DNA from: Sarea resinae
Lineage: Eukaryota
Assembly: GCA_026026165.1 (NCBI GenBank)
Contig: JAPEUD010000010.1
Span: 124,001-188,000 of the forward strand
DNA length: 64,000 nucleotides
Direction: 5' to 3'
The notes beneath the pieces were generated by a model. The model searched no databases. It was not told the origin of the DNA and was given only the letters and a program-made list of their open reading frames with translations. Below are positions 62,804 to 64,000 of the stretch, in pieces. The position numbers were made by a program, and so were the translations under genes. How positions within the stretch are numbered: position 1 is the stretch's first letter; each line of letters opens with the position of its first letter.

Positions 62804-64000
62804 ATCGACGCCCCATTCCGCGTCCTCGCCGACGGCAAACAGCGTGTCGCCGTCCATGGACTCTCGCGGTCTTATGGGTGTCGGCTCCGCCATCACGGTC
62901 GCCCCTGGGCCCTGCTGCGGCTTTGGTGGTGGCGGCGGCGGGACGCCCTCTGGCGACAGGTCCCGAGTGTTCGCGACGCCCGGGTCGTAGGCGCGTTCGT
63001 TGGGCGGCGAGATGCCCTCTTCTTCGTCGAGGGAGCCGCCTATCGAGGCGATTTCGAAGCCCTCGTCGTCTTGTGCTAGCTGTTGCGGGGCCAAGGATTA
63101 GCAATTCATTCCTTCGTTTGATGACAGGGCCGTGGCGGTTGATAGCATGACTTACCTCGTCGCTCATGGCGAAGCGGCGATTATTTGCCGTCGGCCGCCA
63201 GAGATAGGCGATGAAGCACAGGTCGACCAGATAGACCAAGTTGAGCCAGCCGTCCAGCAGGAACCACCGCGTCTGCCAATGGTCCGGCACGTAGTCCGGA
63301 TTGCTGTGGCCGGCGAAGATGAACGAGTTCACGAAGAAGAAGCCCCAGATGACGAGGATGCTGGCGAGGATGCACCACCAGAGTTTCTTGTACATGCCTG
63401 CTTTGACGGTCTGTTTTCGCTCCATGAGGTCCTTCATCGTCGCATTCAGCGAGTTCAGCGTCCAGACGTAAAAGGCCGTTAGTGTGCCCGCGAGCGGTAG
63501 GATCACGAGGAGCACGATGGGGCCGGCGCTGTCCGGTGTGATGGTCAAGCTGGCCACGGCGTAGATGACGCCGAAGGTGAAGTGAGCGGTTGCGAGCCAG
63601 CGGACGATGATCATGGTCCGGCCAAGGCTTGGCTTGACGACACCATAGCCCATGCAGACGATGAGAAGGAGGAAGAATGAAAGCGAATTGCGGCCAGCGT
63701 TGAGTATGGAAACGACGACCATGAGGACCTTTGAACCAGCGTTGGCGCCGTGTCGGTTCTGGTAATCTGTTCACATTAGCGGAGCTAGGTCTGCTAAAAG
63801 GCAGCGGACTTACCATAGAAGCCCCAGGTCATCAACATCTCCACTATCAAGAAGCCAATCGTGAATGTGATATAGTTCTGCACCGGCACTGAAGATAGGT
63901 CAGTATTAACGGTCTATCGGAAAGGAGGCAGCATCTTACAGATGTCATGACGATGCTGGGCATAAAGAAAAGCCCAAAAGCTAGACAACGTTAGTCTACA
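62714..64000 (-). CDS. PTM1: Ptm1/GPR107-like seven-TM membrane protein, 3' part; gene starts beyond the window end
   Basis: ILNAGRNSLSFFLLLIVCMGYGVVKPSLG, WQTRWFLLDGWLNLVY, YLWRPTANNRRFAMSDE|LAQDD; acidic tail. Confidence 0.92.

Noticed and set aside
1..64000. tRNA, rRNA, CRISPR arrays
   Set aside because: GTTCRA hits lack cloverleaf context; no repeat-spacer arrays; this is eukaryotic intron-containing DNA.

Overview
Gene-dense window of a filamentous ascomycete (Pezizomycotina-type) nuclear genome, with short GT-AG introns and CTRAC branch points. About 26 protein-coding genes can be assembled: SNF4 (partial), a small Cys-rich orphan, a tandem-PH protein, DAK1, SMD2, an Ams2-like GATA factor, a PPPDE-thioredoxin-PUL protein, GDA1, a DUF4598 protein, an eIF4E-family protein, an EF-hand protein, a DUF1264 protein, glyoxalase II, NAD kinase, a conserved hypothetical protein, TUF1, mtIF3, IMP1, MRPL35, YML6, EHD3, OAC1, RNR2, SRP9/21, a DUF1308 protein and PTM1 (partial). 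The most striking structure is an uninterrupted ~10.8 kb run (44658-55501) of seven nuclear genes for mitochondrial proteins. Five act in mitochondrial translation, two pairs are divergent, and most carry Puf-type TGTA..TA elements downstream of the stop. Other points of interest: a probable dual-targeted glyoxalase II, an eIF4E with a repeat-containing N-terminal extension, several stop-free 3n introns, and a 6 kb intergenic region enriched in TACGGAGTA. No tRNA, rRNA, CRISPR or recognisable transposon was seen. Splice models were read by eye; family names come from recognised motifs, not database searches.
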